The notes under the pieces are model-generated. The model searched no databases. It worked only from the letters and a program-made list of their open reading frames with translations, and was not told the DNA's origin. The position numbers and the translations under genes are program-made. Of a stretch of 64,000 bases of DNA, positions 39,270 to 53,510 are shown one piece after another. Every line of letters starts with the position of its first letter. The first letter of the stretch is position 1. The stretch is taken from the NCBI RefSeq assembly GCF_009914755.1, contig NC_060927.1. One strand, written 5' to 3'. This DNA comes from the human T2T-CHM13v2.0 reference genome, Homo sapiens.

Positions 39270-40210
39270 TCTCCAAATTCCTTATTTTTTCAAGATTTGC
39301 AGTATTTTCTCTCCTGAAATATTCTATTGTCCTGCTTCAGTCTGGAACAATTGCTTACTAAGACTGTTGCACAGTTATCATCCTGGGATTTCTCATTGCT
39401 GCTCTTCTGTTTTGGACCATCTGTATAAGCAATCCCATATATATATATATATATATTTTTTTTTTAATTTTAGATTATTTCTAGATCATGCTGGAGCACA
39501 TCAAAGAGTAGCTTCCAAAGTATGCAAATATCATATATTTATTGAATTCTTAAGTGTCCAAACATCTTTAATTTTGCTCCTACCTGTGATTATTAATTTG
39601 ATTTCATATATAATCTTGGTTGAAAATTATGTTCTGTCAGAATTTTTTGTCATAGGTCTGGTAATATTTTTATTTGTTCAACTTAAGATAAGGCTCACTC
39701 CATCCTGCACTATGCCTGATGTTGATGAATGCCAAGTCATTGTACTATGTCCAATTCATTCAGAGAAGAACCTCTGCATGAAACGGGGACTAAGAGTAGC
39801 AGAGGTGTTAACTCTTCATGTTTAGACTTTCAACTTACTTCTAGGTTGATGCAAAAGTAATTGCGGTTTTTGCAATTACTTTTGCACCAACCTAATCTTT
39901 TCTGAATCATGTTTCACTTTCTTCCTGTGCTGTCAGGGGGCCTTCAAGTTCTGAGGCTGTCTTGAACTTCTGCTTAGTGAATTGAATCTCTTTGCTTGTA
40001 CCCTCTGCACACACTTTATCGTCATTTCCTTACCCCAGATGAATCATTTACCACTTACTTCCCCATGTTCTATCTCTTCTATTGATGCCTCTTCTCTTCT
40101 CCTCTGTGTTTTTGAGAGTCTATAATTGTTTATATTCTACTCTTTTCTTTTTATTTTAATTGTGTCTAAGGAGGAAGGTTAATCACAAATGTGATTAACC
40201 TGCCATTTTT
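39270..40210 (-). mobile_element. Degraded HAL1/L1M-like sequence
   Basis: T-rich antisense phrases (aatcttggttgaaaattatgttctgtcagaatttt; ggggccttcaagttctgagg; tgccattttt). Recalled resemblance only. Confidence 0.45.
39842..39894. mobile_element. MADE1 MITE with internal deletion, forming a hairpin
   Basis: TAGGTTGATGCAAAAGTAATTGC-GGTTTTT-GCAATTACTTTTGCACCAACCTA; TA at both ends. Confidence 0.93.
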
Positions 40211-40910
40211 TTTTAGAAAACGGTTTTATGTTACTTTCAGTCACCCAAACATTTCATCCAGTGTGCTAGTTAATAGCTGCTCCTAGATTTTACTTCTTCC
40301 AATTATATATTTTATTTATGACTCGACAACTTCTTTACATGATGTAACCTAATTCATCCCTCCATTTATTCAAGTGCCATCTACTCTAATGTGACAAAAC
40401 ATGTCTGACACCCATTTGTACCTGTGGCAGACATATTTATACTTGGAAGCCTGTGTCACAGTCATTAATATGAGATAATGCAAATAGTAAGTAAATTTAA
40501 ATATTAAAACAAGATACAATGTATTTAGATCACAAAATAAGTAGATGCCAGTAAAATTCACACCAGAATTCACAGTTTGTCTGAGATTACAGGTTAAATG
40601 TCTTTTGTAATTATAGTTTGTTGAGATTTCAGCAACTTTAAGACTTGTATTATATTTTGCTATTGTTTGTGATTTATCATGTCTTTTAATTTATATTCTA
40701 TTATATCTTTAAAAGTTAGACAATTTATGTTTATCTTTTTTATTTTAAAAAAATAAATTTTCTCTACCCATATATTTTATATATTATCATTTATATAAAA
40801 TTATTATTTCAATCAACAAATTAACTTCATCTCCTGGCAAACCAGATGCACACCAATTTCATATTTGGATTCTTTCACTTCATAATGTATTTATATTGAA
40901 GCTAACACTA

Positions 40911-41420
<510 letters not shown>

Positions 41421-41427
41421 GTGTAGT

Positions 41428-41605
41428 GTTTTTAATTTTAATTTTAATTTTTTTAGAGACAGGTTCTCACTCTATTCCCTAGGCTGGAGTGCAGTGACAT
41501 GACCATAGCTCACTGTAACCTCAAACTTCTGAGCTCAAGAGATCCTCCTGCCTCAGCCTCCCCGAGTAGCTGAGACTTACAGGCACCTGCCACCACAACT
41601 GGCTA
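41428..41605 (-). mobile_element. FRAM / AluJ right monomer
   Basis: Single antisense right arm with (TTTTAA)n tail. Confidence 0.88.
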
Positions 41606-42129
41606 TCAGACAGCTGGTTTTTATAGCTCAGCCCTTAACTAAAACATTATACCTCCTTGTACAAATCAGACACAAAATAAATGTCTGGTAAATAGATGAA
41701 TGTAAACTTTACTAATCTTTTTCATCCTTAAGAAGTTCAGACATTTGCAGAATCCACTTTTTACAAAATGTGTAATATTTTAATACTTACTAAGTGTGAA
41801 AACCTCTACCACAATTTTTTCTTCAGTTGTATTAATTTGCAATCATTCATATAAAATTTCAATTTATACCCCTTTTAGAGCTTTTTGAAAATTGTAAATG
41901 TCTAAGGAGTAGTTTCAGGTAGACAATGACCATTAAATCACATGGTTGGAACGAATGACTGACAATAGATAGATTAGCCAAACACTTAATCTAAATTCTC
42001 AAGGTCGGTACTGTTCTTTTTTTTATTTTTTTCCTTTGGGTGGATTTTGTGAAAATAGCTAACATATTACAAGGATGATGTTCAACTACTATTTTAGTTA
42101 GAAAGTAAAATCTTATTTTTAAAAATGCA

Positions 42130-42325
42130 TATGCAGTATATAAGTGTTGTAATATAGGTGCTGGAGTCAAACAGCATGAGTACAAATCATAACTAAGTTT
42201 CAGTTTGTTCCTCTATAAATTGGAGATAAATAGTTTTGTTTTGTTATCAAATGCAATATTGAAAATGCTTGAAAAGCACTTGATATAGTGCCTCTCTCAG
42301 AAAAACCACTCAATTAATGTTAGTG
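42130..42325 (+). mobile_element. MIR (degraded)
   Basis: ggtgctggagtcaaacagcatgagtacaaatc...tcagtttgttcctctataaattggagataa. Confidence 0.65.
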
Positions 42326-42344
42326 TGCATGTAATATTTAGAAA

Positions 42345-42675
42345 GATGAAAGAAATTGCAATAATTGATAAGTTTCAAGCAGAAATTCAGTAGCTGAAAA
42401 ATGCAATTTAGTTACTGAAGAATGTATCAGAGTCCCTTACCAGCTGAATTGATCAAACAGAAGAATTAGTGAACTTGAAAACAGACTATTACAGATAGCA
42501 CAGTCAGAAAGGAGAAAAGAACAGAGAATAAAAACGAATGAAAGAATGCCTACAAAATATAGAAAATAGCCTCAAAAGGACAAATCTAAAAGCTATTGAC
42601 CTTAAAAAGAAGGTAGTGAGAAAGGTCAGAGTAGAATGTTAATTAAAAGGAATAATATCAGAGAAAATACCAATT
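42345..42675 (+). mobile_element. L1 ORF1 fragment (L1M1/L1MA-type)
   Basis: gaattgatcaaacagaagaattagtgaacttgaaaacagactatt...atagcctcaaaaggacaaatctaa. Confidence 0.8.
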
Positions 42676-43104
42676 TGTACTCTTCAGCGCAGTGTATGAG
42701 TGTAAACCAAGAAAGTTTTGATAGGAAGGCAAACAATAAAATATGGAGCCTTAATCCCCAGTCCAAGAAGTCTTTATTAATTTAGGGAAGTGAAAGATTA
42801 TTGAAAGTATGTCTTGATATTTTACAACCTTGCCTATGACTGACCTAGGTTACCACTCTACTAAGAATAATATTTTGCCTGGAAATAAACTATCTTGGAG
42901 TTCATTTGTAGTACCATGTGGGATATAAAGTTCAGGATCTATCTTGAATTAGGCTCATCTGGATTTTTATAGGTGATTTTGCTTTCTAATCTCTACATGA
43001 CTATTATGAACAGATCTACTTAAGAGTTGGACTTTATATTTAAAAATAATATATGAATTGTCCTTCCTGCTGATTTACATTTTAGGGGCAGTATTTAAAA
43101 AGCT

Positions 43105-43256
43105 ATTTGCACCAGAATTGTTTTCCCCCAAAGATTCACATGTTGAAGTCCTAACCCACAGTACCCCAGAATGTGACTGTATTTAGATAGGGTCTTTAAA
43201 GAAGTAATTAAGTTAAAAGAAGGTCATTTGTGTGGCAGCCCTAGCAAAGTAATGCA
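43105..43256 (+). mobile_element. MLT1B-like LTR with large internal deletion
   Basis: The 5' part (tgttgaagtcctaacc...aagttaaaagaaggtcatt) is fused directly to the 3' end (tggcagccctagcaaagtaatgca). Confidence 0.75.
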
Positions 43257-44429
43257 ATCATGGTAAAGCACACCTCAGAGATCCTATCTGCATTCTTACA
43301 TTATTAATTTTACTTAAAACCTTTATTTTCAGTTATTATACTACTTAAATTTACCATGCTATGAATTTCAGGTTATTTTCTCATTTCTGAGAAAGTGCTC
43401 AGTATACAGAGGCTACTCTACATACTTATTATGCATTTTCTTTGTATTTCACTGTAGGGTTAATGCAGATTAAAACTAGGTATTTGAGATATGACTCATT
43501 ATTGGAAAACCCATACCTCAGTGTGTGATAGATTTGTTAATATTCAAAGGGCCTTAGTGCAATGACAGGAATACATACAACTATTTTTACACTGTCTAAT
43601 TTCCAATTTGTTTTACCGTTTTTCGAATGATTAACATGCTACTAATAAAACTAATAAATTTGCATATAACCAATGAGATTTCACCAAACATTTAAACTTT
43701 ACTTAGGAACTTAAACACTGAATTCCTTCAACAAGTCTAGCGTAAGAGTCTCTTAATGCTTTAAATTTTTGTTTAAAAATTAAACAAATAAACATATAAT
43801 TATTTTAAATTACTCTTTTAAATTGGGTACAAAATGTTAAACCTAAGGAATTTTTTTTTTCTGAGCTCTAGTCTTATTCCTGTTTTTAACTTCTGAGGTT
43901 TTAGTTCTTAGATCTACTTGGTATTTTTTTGCACCCGACTTAAGTTCTAGGGTTTCAGTATGAATTGTGGGATTTATGCGACAGGTCCGTGATTCGGATT
44001 GGAGCCTTACGTGGGCATTTCAAAATTATTCTTTTTGAATCTGTTTCCAGTTGGACAGATCCCACTTATTTAATTTTGCCAATTTCATCAGTTATTGCAC
44101 AAATTATTGCCTCTTACATATTAGCTGTGTTTTTATTACAGTATTAGTCATTTCCTCAAAATAATACTTGATTTGAGTCTTCTACTTGTAGGAAGCCTGC
44201 TATGTATTTTCTTTATTATAAATAGATAAAACCAAGCTTGCAGCTATGGGTCTGAGTAGAGTCTAAAATGGTGCAGGTGAACCTAAAGCTTTTGGCCTCT
44301 TTGGTTTGCTAATATTGGAATATTACTTTCTCATAGTCCAAGTAGAGCGTCAATATTGACATCTATATTTATTCCTACTAGCAATAAATCTTATTATATA
44401 TTCATGATAGTCATATTCACTAACACAAA

Positions 44430-46500
44430 AATAAATACCGAATGACTACCCCATGCATGACCCTCTGCTAGGAGCTATGGGATACTACAAAGAGAATTAT
44501 TCTACCTCCTAGAATCATTATCCTTTAGAAATAAGATAATGCGCATACATACATAACTCTAATGCAAGGCAGGGAAAAAATCGCTGCCATTAGTGAAGTC
44601 TAGATAATCCAGAATGAGGTATTTTGCAGGGGAGGAATTGCATTTACTTTTGGCTGGAGGAATCTGAGACAATTACCTCAAGTAAGGTATTGAAGTAGAG
44701 ATGGTAGTTTTTATGTGTAGTGTGGAAAAAAAAATTCTAGGCCAAATCAATAGTAGGCAAAAAGGCACAGAAGTAGAAACATGGATAAGGGCCTTCTTTG
44801 GGAGCAGAGAGGTTTGTTTGCTTAGGGAACAAGGAGGATCAGAAGGTGATTTCATTCATTCATTCATCTAGTATACTTCTAATGGGGGCCTCCCATGTAT
44901 CAGAATGTGTTACACACAAGGGCTACAAAAAACAAGGTAAAATAAAAGCCCTGTGCTCTAGCATTTTACTTTCCATAACTAACAATTATCCTGTGTCAGG
45001 CATGCTTAATGTGCTTCTCTATTATCAAGTACTTTAATCTTCTTAACAACATTATGATATGGGTGCTATTATTATCTCCATCTTACAGATGAAGAAAGTG
45101 GCGCATAGAGAAATTAAGATACTTAAAAAAATGTACATAGCTAAAAAGTGGCAGATCCCAAATGTGAACTTAAGAATCTGGTTCCAGAGTCTATTCTCAT
45201 CAACACTACATTTTGCTATATGAAATAGTGCATTGAAAAATAATTCTCTACACACACAGATAGACAGTGAGTGGCTTTGAATGACAAGCCAAGAAGTTTG
45301 ACCAAATCAAACTGTAATTTAGAATGATAGTTCTGGGAATAGTGAATAAGACTGATCAGAACAGGCAAGTTTTACAAGTGGGTGGCTACTGCTTTACTCT
45401 AGATGACAGATGAAGTTTTGAGTTAGGATGGTTTCTGTGATAATACATAGAAGAGGATTTTATAGGGGTAGATTAATCAGGAATTGAATAAGAGAACATG
45501 AGTCAGATATAATGGCTTGGGCATCAGTCAGGAGTCCATAGATTACAAGTGACAGGAAGCCAACTCAAACTTGCTTAAACAAAAATGAAAATTTATTGGT
45601 TCATATATTTGAATCAAGATATTCTGTCTCTTGCTATTTCTCAGAACTGCTTTCCTTTTATTGGCTTCATGTTCAGGTAGGTTCCATATATGTGGTGGTG
45701 AAGGTGGCTCCTGCCACCTCCACAATTATATTACCCTGGAGGTTAAAAGATTGTTATCAAAAGGGAACATCTTTTCCATACGTTTTAGACACACACACAC
45801 ACACACAAAGGCAGCATATGATTCTCATTGGCTCAGTGTAGGTCAGATGTTCACATTTGGAGCTGGAGGTTGGGTCAGCCCCATTTTAATACCTTGGACT
45901 GAGAGACAGGGAAGATTTCCAAAAAGAGTGGGTACAAGACAGATAACAAACAGGTAATCACCTCACACAGTTTTGAGCCTTAGTGATTGAAGGTCTGATA
46001 AATGTCCTTTATCTGAAATAAGGCACATAGGGAAAAGAGCAATAGCAGGTTTCAGAATAAAAATTAATCACTTTGAGACAAATTAAGTTTGAACACTTGG
46101 ATAGAAATGACTAGTAGTGAAAAGTTTGAAATTATGAAACTTGAATTTAGGAGAAAGGTAAATGCTAAATATAAAAAATTAAGACTCAAGTGTGTAGAGA
46201 GATGATTGCTGTGAACTGTGAACTTTAGTAGTTTTAAGAAAAATGATAGTCACAAATATCAAAAAAAGTTCCAAAGTCAAGTACTATCATGGAAACCAAG
46301 AAGTAAGCATTTCAAGAAGGCATGTTAGTCACCAGGATCAAAAGCGATAGTAAGATCAAAAAGGGCTGATTAAAAACACATTGGTCTACATGAACAGCAA
46401 ATCAATGGAGACTTTGAAGAGAACAATTTCAAGTAAAATAAAAGCACATTGTGGGGAACTAAAGAATAAACAAGGGAGAATAAAGTGGTCATAAATTCCT
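44430..46500 (-). mobile_element. Fragmented L2, interrupted by MIR (~44970-45215, -) and an old MLT1 LTR (~45520-45968, -)
   Basis: Purine-rich antisense L2 phrases; MIR core ccatcttacagatgaagaaagtg; LTR start tcagtcaggagtccatagattacaagtgacaggaagccaactcaaac. Confidence 0.6.
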
Positions 46501-46531
46501 AGTCAGTCTACTAAATAGCTAGCTATGTGAC

Positions 46532-47110
46532 TATGATGGTTAGTTTTGTTAAAACTTGACTGCACCAGATATTTGGCAAACCATTATCCTGGGTGTGTGT
46601 GTGTGTGTGTGTGTGTGTGTCTGTGTGTGTGCATGTGTGTTTGGATGAGATTAACATTTGAATGAGTAGGCTGAGTAAAGCAGATTTTCCTGCCTAATGT
46701 ATGTAACCCTCATGCAATCAGTTGAAAGGCTGAAAAGAACAAAAAGCCTGACACTGCAACAAATGAGGCAATGCGACAAGTAAGAGTCAGGTTGACACTG
46801 CCTCACTGCTTCGATCTGGGACGTCAGTCTTTTCCAGCTTTGAGAATTGAACTGAAACATTGGCTCTTCTTGCTTGAGCCTGATAGCTTTAAGACTGGAT
46901 CATATACACCATCAGCTCTCTTTGCTTTCAGGCCTTTGGACTTGGACTGGAACTATATCACTTCTCCTGGGTCTCCAGGTAGCCCACTGCATATGTTGGA
47001 ACTTCACAGCCTCGTTAATTATGAGTCAATTCGTTATAATAAATGTCTCTCTCTCTCTCTCAATCCCAGTATACATACATATATATATTGCTTCTCTGGA
47101 GAACCTAAAC
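46532..47110 (+). mobile_element. MLT2D-like ERVL LTR with internal (TG)n
   Basis: ttggatgagattaacatttgaat...ctgagtaaagcagatt...gcttctctggagaaccta. Confidence 0.82.
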
Positions 47111-47154
47111 ATCAGGATATGTCTATTCATTCTTGTCCCACCACTGTAGTTTGA

Positions 47155-48925
47155 ACATAGGTTTACAGCTGGAGAGGAATTTTGCCTCATGAATTATACC
47201 TCAAATCTCACCCATACAGAAGTTAGATATATTTATTTTTCATTTTAGTTTTTGTAAGAAGACAGGCTTTTTAATGAGATTTTTTTTCTCTTTTTTTTTT
47301 TCACCATTATTTTAGGTTCAGGGGTACATATATAGGTTGTTTTATGAGTAAATTTCATGTTGCAGGGGTTTGGTGTAGATTATGTTGTCACCCAGGTAAT
47401 CTGCATAGTACTGGATAGGTGGTTTTTCAGTCCTCACCTTCCACCCACCATCTACCCTCAAGTAGGCCTTGGTGTCTATTGTTTCCTTCTGTTTGTTCAT
47501 ATGTACTTGATATTTAGCTCCCACTTACAAGTTAGAACTTGGAATATTTAGTTTTCTCCTGCATTAATTTGCATAGGTTAATGGCCTCCAGCTCCATCCA
47601 TGTTGCTGCAAAGGACATGATCTCATTCTTTTTTATAGCTGTATAGTGTCTCATGGTGTCTGTGTACCACCTTTTCTTTATCCAGTCTACCACCGATGGG
47701 TATTTAGGTTGATTCCATGACTTTGCTATTGTGAATAGTGCTGAAATGAACATACATATGCATTGTGTCTTTATGGTAGAACAACTTATATTCATTTGTG
47801 TGTATACCCAATAGTAGGATTGCTAGGTGGAATGGTAATTCTGTTTTAAGTTCTTCGAGAAATTGCCAAACCACTTTCCTCAGTGGCTGAACTAATTTAC
47901 ATTGCCACTAGCAATGTGTAAGTGTTCCTCTTTTCTCTACAACCTCACTAGTATGTGTTATTTTTTGACTTCTTAATAATAGCCATTCTGACTGGTATGA
48001 GATGGTATCTCATTGTGGTTTTGGTTTGTATTTCTCTAATTATTGAAGTTGAGCATGTTTTCACATGCTTGTTGGCTACACGTGTGTCTTCTTTTGAAAA
48101 GTGTCTGTTCATGTCCTTTGCCCACTTTTTCATGGGGTTGTTTGGTTTTTGCTTGCAAATCTGTTTAAGTTCCTTATAGATTCTGGATATGAGACCTTTG
48201 TTGGATGCATAGTTTGCAAATATTTTCTCCAATCCTGTAAGTTGTTTGTTTACTCTGTTGATAATTCCTTGTGCTGTGCAGAAGCTCTTCAGTTTAATTA
48301 GGCCCTGCTTGTTAATTTTTGTTTTTCTTCCAATTGCTGTTGGTGTCTTCGTCACGAAATTTTTGCCAGGTCCTATGTTCAGAATGATATTTCCTAGATG
48401 ATCTTTCAAGGTTTTTATAGTTTTAGGTTTTACATTTAAGTCTTTAATGCATTTTGAGTTGATTTCTGTATAAATGTAAAGAATGTTTTAATCTTCTACA
48501 TATGGCTAGCCAGTTATCCCAATACTTTTTATTGAACAGGGAGTCCTTTCTATTGCTTGCTTTTGTTGAGTTTGTCAAAGAGGACATTTTATCAAAGAGG
48601 ACACTTTTGACTTTTGTCAAAGAGGGCACTTCAGAGTTGATGCTGGAATTAGTTAAGAATTTCTGGACGGTTGGAATTGAATGAATATATGTTGCATGTG
48701 ATGACATGAATTTTGGGGGGCCAGGGTGAAATGCCATGGACTGAAATGTATTTCCTCAAAATGTGTAAGTTGAAGCTCTAGCCCCTAATGTGACTCTTTC
48801 TGGAGATAGGGTCTATAGGAGGCCATTAAAATGAAATGATGTCATCAGGGTGGGGCCCTAATCTGATAGGATTGTGGCTTTACGAGAAAAGAAAGTTTTC
48901 TCTCTTCTTTCTCTCTGTCTCTCTC

Positions 48926-48993
<68 letters not shown>

Positions 48994-49128
48994 ACACAGT
49001 GAGAAAGCAGTCATTTGCAGGCCAGCAAGAGACCCTTCACCAGAACCCAACCAATGAGAAAATATTTTTCTGTTGTTTAATCTACTCAGTTTATGAAATT
49101 TTGTTATGGCGTCCAAGCTAAGTTAGTG
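47155..49128 (+). mobile_element. MLT1A-int 3' end (split by L1) plus PPT and MLT1A LTR (48732-49128) with (CT)n expansion
   Basis: cagctggagaggaattttgcctc resumes as cttcagagttgatgctggaa...gacatgaattttggggggccagggtgaaa|tgccatggactgaa. Confidence 0.75.
47281..48581 (-). mobile_element. 5'-truncated L1PA15/16-like element (ORF2 C-terminus plus 3'UTR)
   Basis: ORFs 47948-48409 and 47532-47795 give L1 ORF2 motifs ([36 protein letters not shown]); T-tail at ~47281. Confidence 0.95.
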
Positions 49129-49384
49129 ACCATGGACAAAAACTCAAAATCTCTAAATGAAGATAATAGTAGTAATATCTAGCTTAGAGATTTTACTTGA
49201 GGTAATGTTCAAAAAATACTTGACAGAATGCCTAGCAATTTACAAGCTCTTGATGAATGTTAGCTATATGTGTGTGGATGACACAATGAGTAGGAAGGAT
49301 GTGACGGCAGCAAATGTTTAAGATTATTACAAAAATGTTTGACGCTAAGGAAAGTAAAGAGATATATGTGGAACATTATTTGAC

Positions 49385-49865
49385 GTTTCTCTTATTGAGA
49401 GATGGATCCCAGTGGCTTCCAATTCCTGTCTCTCAAACTCTGGAGAAAGCCAGTCACCATGTAAAAATCTCCTATTATGCTGAGACTACCATCTGTGAGA
49501 AACTCTACCTAGTTACAAAAGAGCCTTGGGAGGCTGAGGCAAGAGGATTGCTTGAGCTCAGGAGTTCAGTGTTGCAGTGAGCTATGATCCTGCCACTGCA
49601 TCCAGGCTGGGTGGCAAAGCAAGACCCTGTCTCGAGAAAAAAAAAAAAAAAGAGTCTGCCTGAAGACAGAGATGTCAGATCACACATGTGTGACAATGAC
49701 TTATGTCTCCACAGCCCCAACTACCATCTAACAAAAACTACATGACAGACCCTGAGTAAAATTTTCCCACTAGAACCAAGTCAACCCACAGTCCATAAAG
49801 ATAAGAAAAAATTATTGTTTTAATCCAGTATGGTTTGTTTCATAGCAAAAGATAAAAAGAATAGA
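49385..49865 (+). mobile_element. MLT1H-like LTR containing an AluJ/FRAM fragment (49526-49651, +)
   Basis: ctgagactaccat...gaccctgagtaaaa...ccaagtcaacccacag; Alu right arm with A-tail and near-TSD aaagagcct/aaagagtct. Confidence 0.75.
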
Positions 49866-51797
49866 CACTACTTGTAGGAATGAAAAAGTCTAGGGACAAT
49901 GTTGTTGGCTTATTTTTTTTTGTTGACTTTTGGTTTGATTTATTTAGAAAGTAGACCTGAAATGTACGTAAGCTGAGGATTTGAATTCAGAAGAGAGAGA
50001 AACTTAAGTTACAAGAAAGCCTTCACATAATGAAAGCAAGGGCCTGGAAAAGACAATAAAAATGTGTTCAAGATCCTAGGGAAAGGAGTTTGTCTTAGCA
50101 AGCAAAATAAATACCTCTTCTTCTGAGAAAGAATAAATGAGAAGAGAAAGAGCAAAGTTTGAGGTATAGAGTAAGAACTATAAGAGGTGTAAGATAGAAA
50201 CAAATTTTCTCCATTCACTTTAGATTCAGCTACCAAAGACTTACATCATTGGATTTTTTAAAAAGCCTCTTGGCCTCTTGAACGGTGTTTCCTTCTCCTT
50301 CTGGGTTCTGGTGATTGGTATCACTTCAAGACCAATCAGAAACATGAACACCCAAGGTCTTGAGCAGACCTCAGCAGGCTTTGGGTCATTTACTACCAGA
50401 TTCCCTTTTGACCTAAGAATTCTGACTACTGCCATCATTACCTTTTTCTGATACCTCAAGACACTAAAATTATGAGCGGTAGCACTTAAAGATTCCTTTA
50501 ACACAGGTATTTCATTGCTTTTTGCTCAGGTGAAATGGAAAAATAAAATAAAATAAAATAAAAAAACCTTAGCTATGGAGTGGTGCTTCGGCAGAACTGC
50601 CAGTTTATCTTCTGCAGTATGTGCCATGTAAACATTTCTGACTTTATTGCACTACACATGCATCATCCCTGAACGTTTAGTTTCATTGCTGCAGAAGTAA
50701 TTTCCGAAGGTCATCTTATAACGGATGAAAACCTGAAGGTTCATGCAATTTATGTTCATTTTCGATAATATTGTACAACATTTAGGAACTATCATCTTCC
50801 ACTCTCTAAATGTTTAATCTAATAATTTCAAAGATAAAATATGTTATCTACCTTTTGGAAGCATATACACTTGCTGTGAAAAATCATATTCAGATATAGG
50901 TTGAAAAATGTAAACTACTTACTTTTACTTAACAGATTTTAATTCATCTCAGTCACACTTCACTGGACTTAAGATAGTGAGAGACAAAACAGAATATTTC
51001 TAGGAGTGTAAAAGTTACAGGAAAGACTTAACCAAATTCAGAAATGTACTTATTTCGTTCAACAATATATAAAGTAGGGGCTTTTTAGATGTAAGCTCTT
51101 GGGCTGCTTTTAAATATACTTCATAGATACATGTTAAGCAATAGTCATCATGCATAAATATTCTTGTCATAAAAAATTCTCCATACTTGGTTATTCACAT
51201 GTTAGAGGTCATAGTTATAAGGTGCTCCTGATACCTTTTAGCCTCACTTGCTATGATGATACCCCCTGTTCACTCTTTCTTCCTTTAGAGGGGGAAATGA
51301 CATGCACGGGACATGTCAGCCAGCTCTGTCATGAGTAGTCTGACAGTGATGAAACTGAGTACATCTGCTATCAGCCCCTCTGCACATCCTCTTCTCCCAC
51401 ATCCTCAGTCATTCTCTCATCACTAGCTCTTTCCTATTGACCTATAAATGGACAATATTTTTTCCTACCCTTAGGAAAAAAAAAAACCACTCAACACAAA
51501 AGGCTAATAAACCTTTCTTTCAACGTTCCCTCTGTCTGTAGATACTGCTCTGTTTCATCCTCTCTTCTTCTCCAGACACCCTAAAGTTGTTTTACTAACA
51601 GTGCCTGTTTCTAGGTCTTTGATCTACTCCTCTTCAGATAGTATCCAATTTGCACTTTTGTGCAAAATTTTTGCTCCTGCATTGGAAAAGGTCAGTGGGG
51701 ACATTTTGGTTCCCATGTCCAGGTGTCTCTTTTCAGCTCTTAACTATCCAGCCTAATCTAAATCTTTCTTATTATTTTGATTATTAGGCATTATTAA

Positions 51798-52092
<295 letters not shown>

Positions 52093-52246
52093 TATTAGGC
52101 ATTATTAATGCTTTATTTTCCTACTTCAACCATCCAGTTTCTTGCCATCTCTGTATTCATCTCCTAAATATTTCCCCTCCGCACTCATGTACATGCATAA
52201 GCCCATGGTTTTGTCCTCAGGTTTTTTCTTCTTTTTCTTCATACTC

Positions 52247-52672
52247 TGTTAGGTTGTTCTTGCATTGATATAAAGAAATACCTGAGACTGGGTGGTTCCT
52301 AAAGAAAAGAGGTTTAATTGGCCCATGGTTCTATTGGCTTTACAGGAAGCATGGTGCTGACATTTGCTCAGCTTCTAAGTAGGCCTCAAGAAGCTTCCAA
52401 TCATGGCAGAAGGTGAAAGGAGAGCAGGCACATCACATGACAAAGGCAGGAGCAAGTGATAGAGAGTGGGGCAGAGGTGCCATACATTTTTAAACCACCA
52501 GATCTCACATGAACTTAGAGCAAGAGCTCACTTATCACCAAGGGGATGACCCAAGTCATTCATGAGGGATCTGCCGCCATGATCCAAATGCCTCCCATCA
52601 GGCCCAACCTCCAACAGTGGGGATGATAATTCAACATGAGATTTGGTGGGGACACACATTCCAACTATATCA
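52247..52672 (-). mobile_element. MSTA-like MaLR solo LTR
   Basis: ataaagaaatacctgagactggg...catgagatttggtggggacacacattccaactatatca. Confidence 0.9.
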
Positions 52673-53201
52673 CTCTACTTGGGTGATCTCATTAAATCCT
52701 ATGGGTGTCGACTACCATCAACACCCCAGGTCACCTGAACCTCTCTTTTTAGTGCCTATTTACCTCCTTAAATATTTCCAAACACCTCAGCTCCTCAGAC
52801 TTCATGCTCCTCTTCTGTATACTCTCTCAGTTAATGAGTTATCCATTTACTTAATTTAATATCTAGAAATCTACCTATTATCTCATTAACTTGAACTTTA
52901 TCACCAACATTCTACCATTTTTGACATGCAAAAACAGCAATCTTCATAGTTCTCAACGTAATTGTTTTTATTTTCTTTTCCTCTTGCTTATCTAGCCAGT
53001 CACCAAGTCCCATACATTTTACTTCAGAATGCCTCTAAATACATTCATTCTTCTGAGTTTTTAACTTCCACTGCCATAATTCAGACCTCTTAATAGCTTA
53101 TTTACATTATTGAAATAATATTTTAATTGGTGCTTTTGGGTCTATTATTTCTCATTTTGAAAGTTTTTTGAATATTCACATTACATTGTCTTTAAGATCA
53201 G

Positions 53202-53510
<309 letters not shown>

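Noticed and set aside
39367-39825. 152-aa ORF
   Set aside because: Non-ATG start, runs through a (TA)n tract and degraded L1-like DNA, with no recognisable domain or splice context.
47532-48409. 153-aa and 87-aa ORFs with real protein motifs
   Set aside because: Broken L1 ORF2 C-terminus of a 5'-truncated element, not a host gene.
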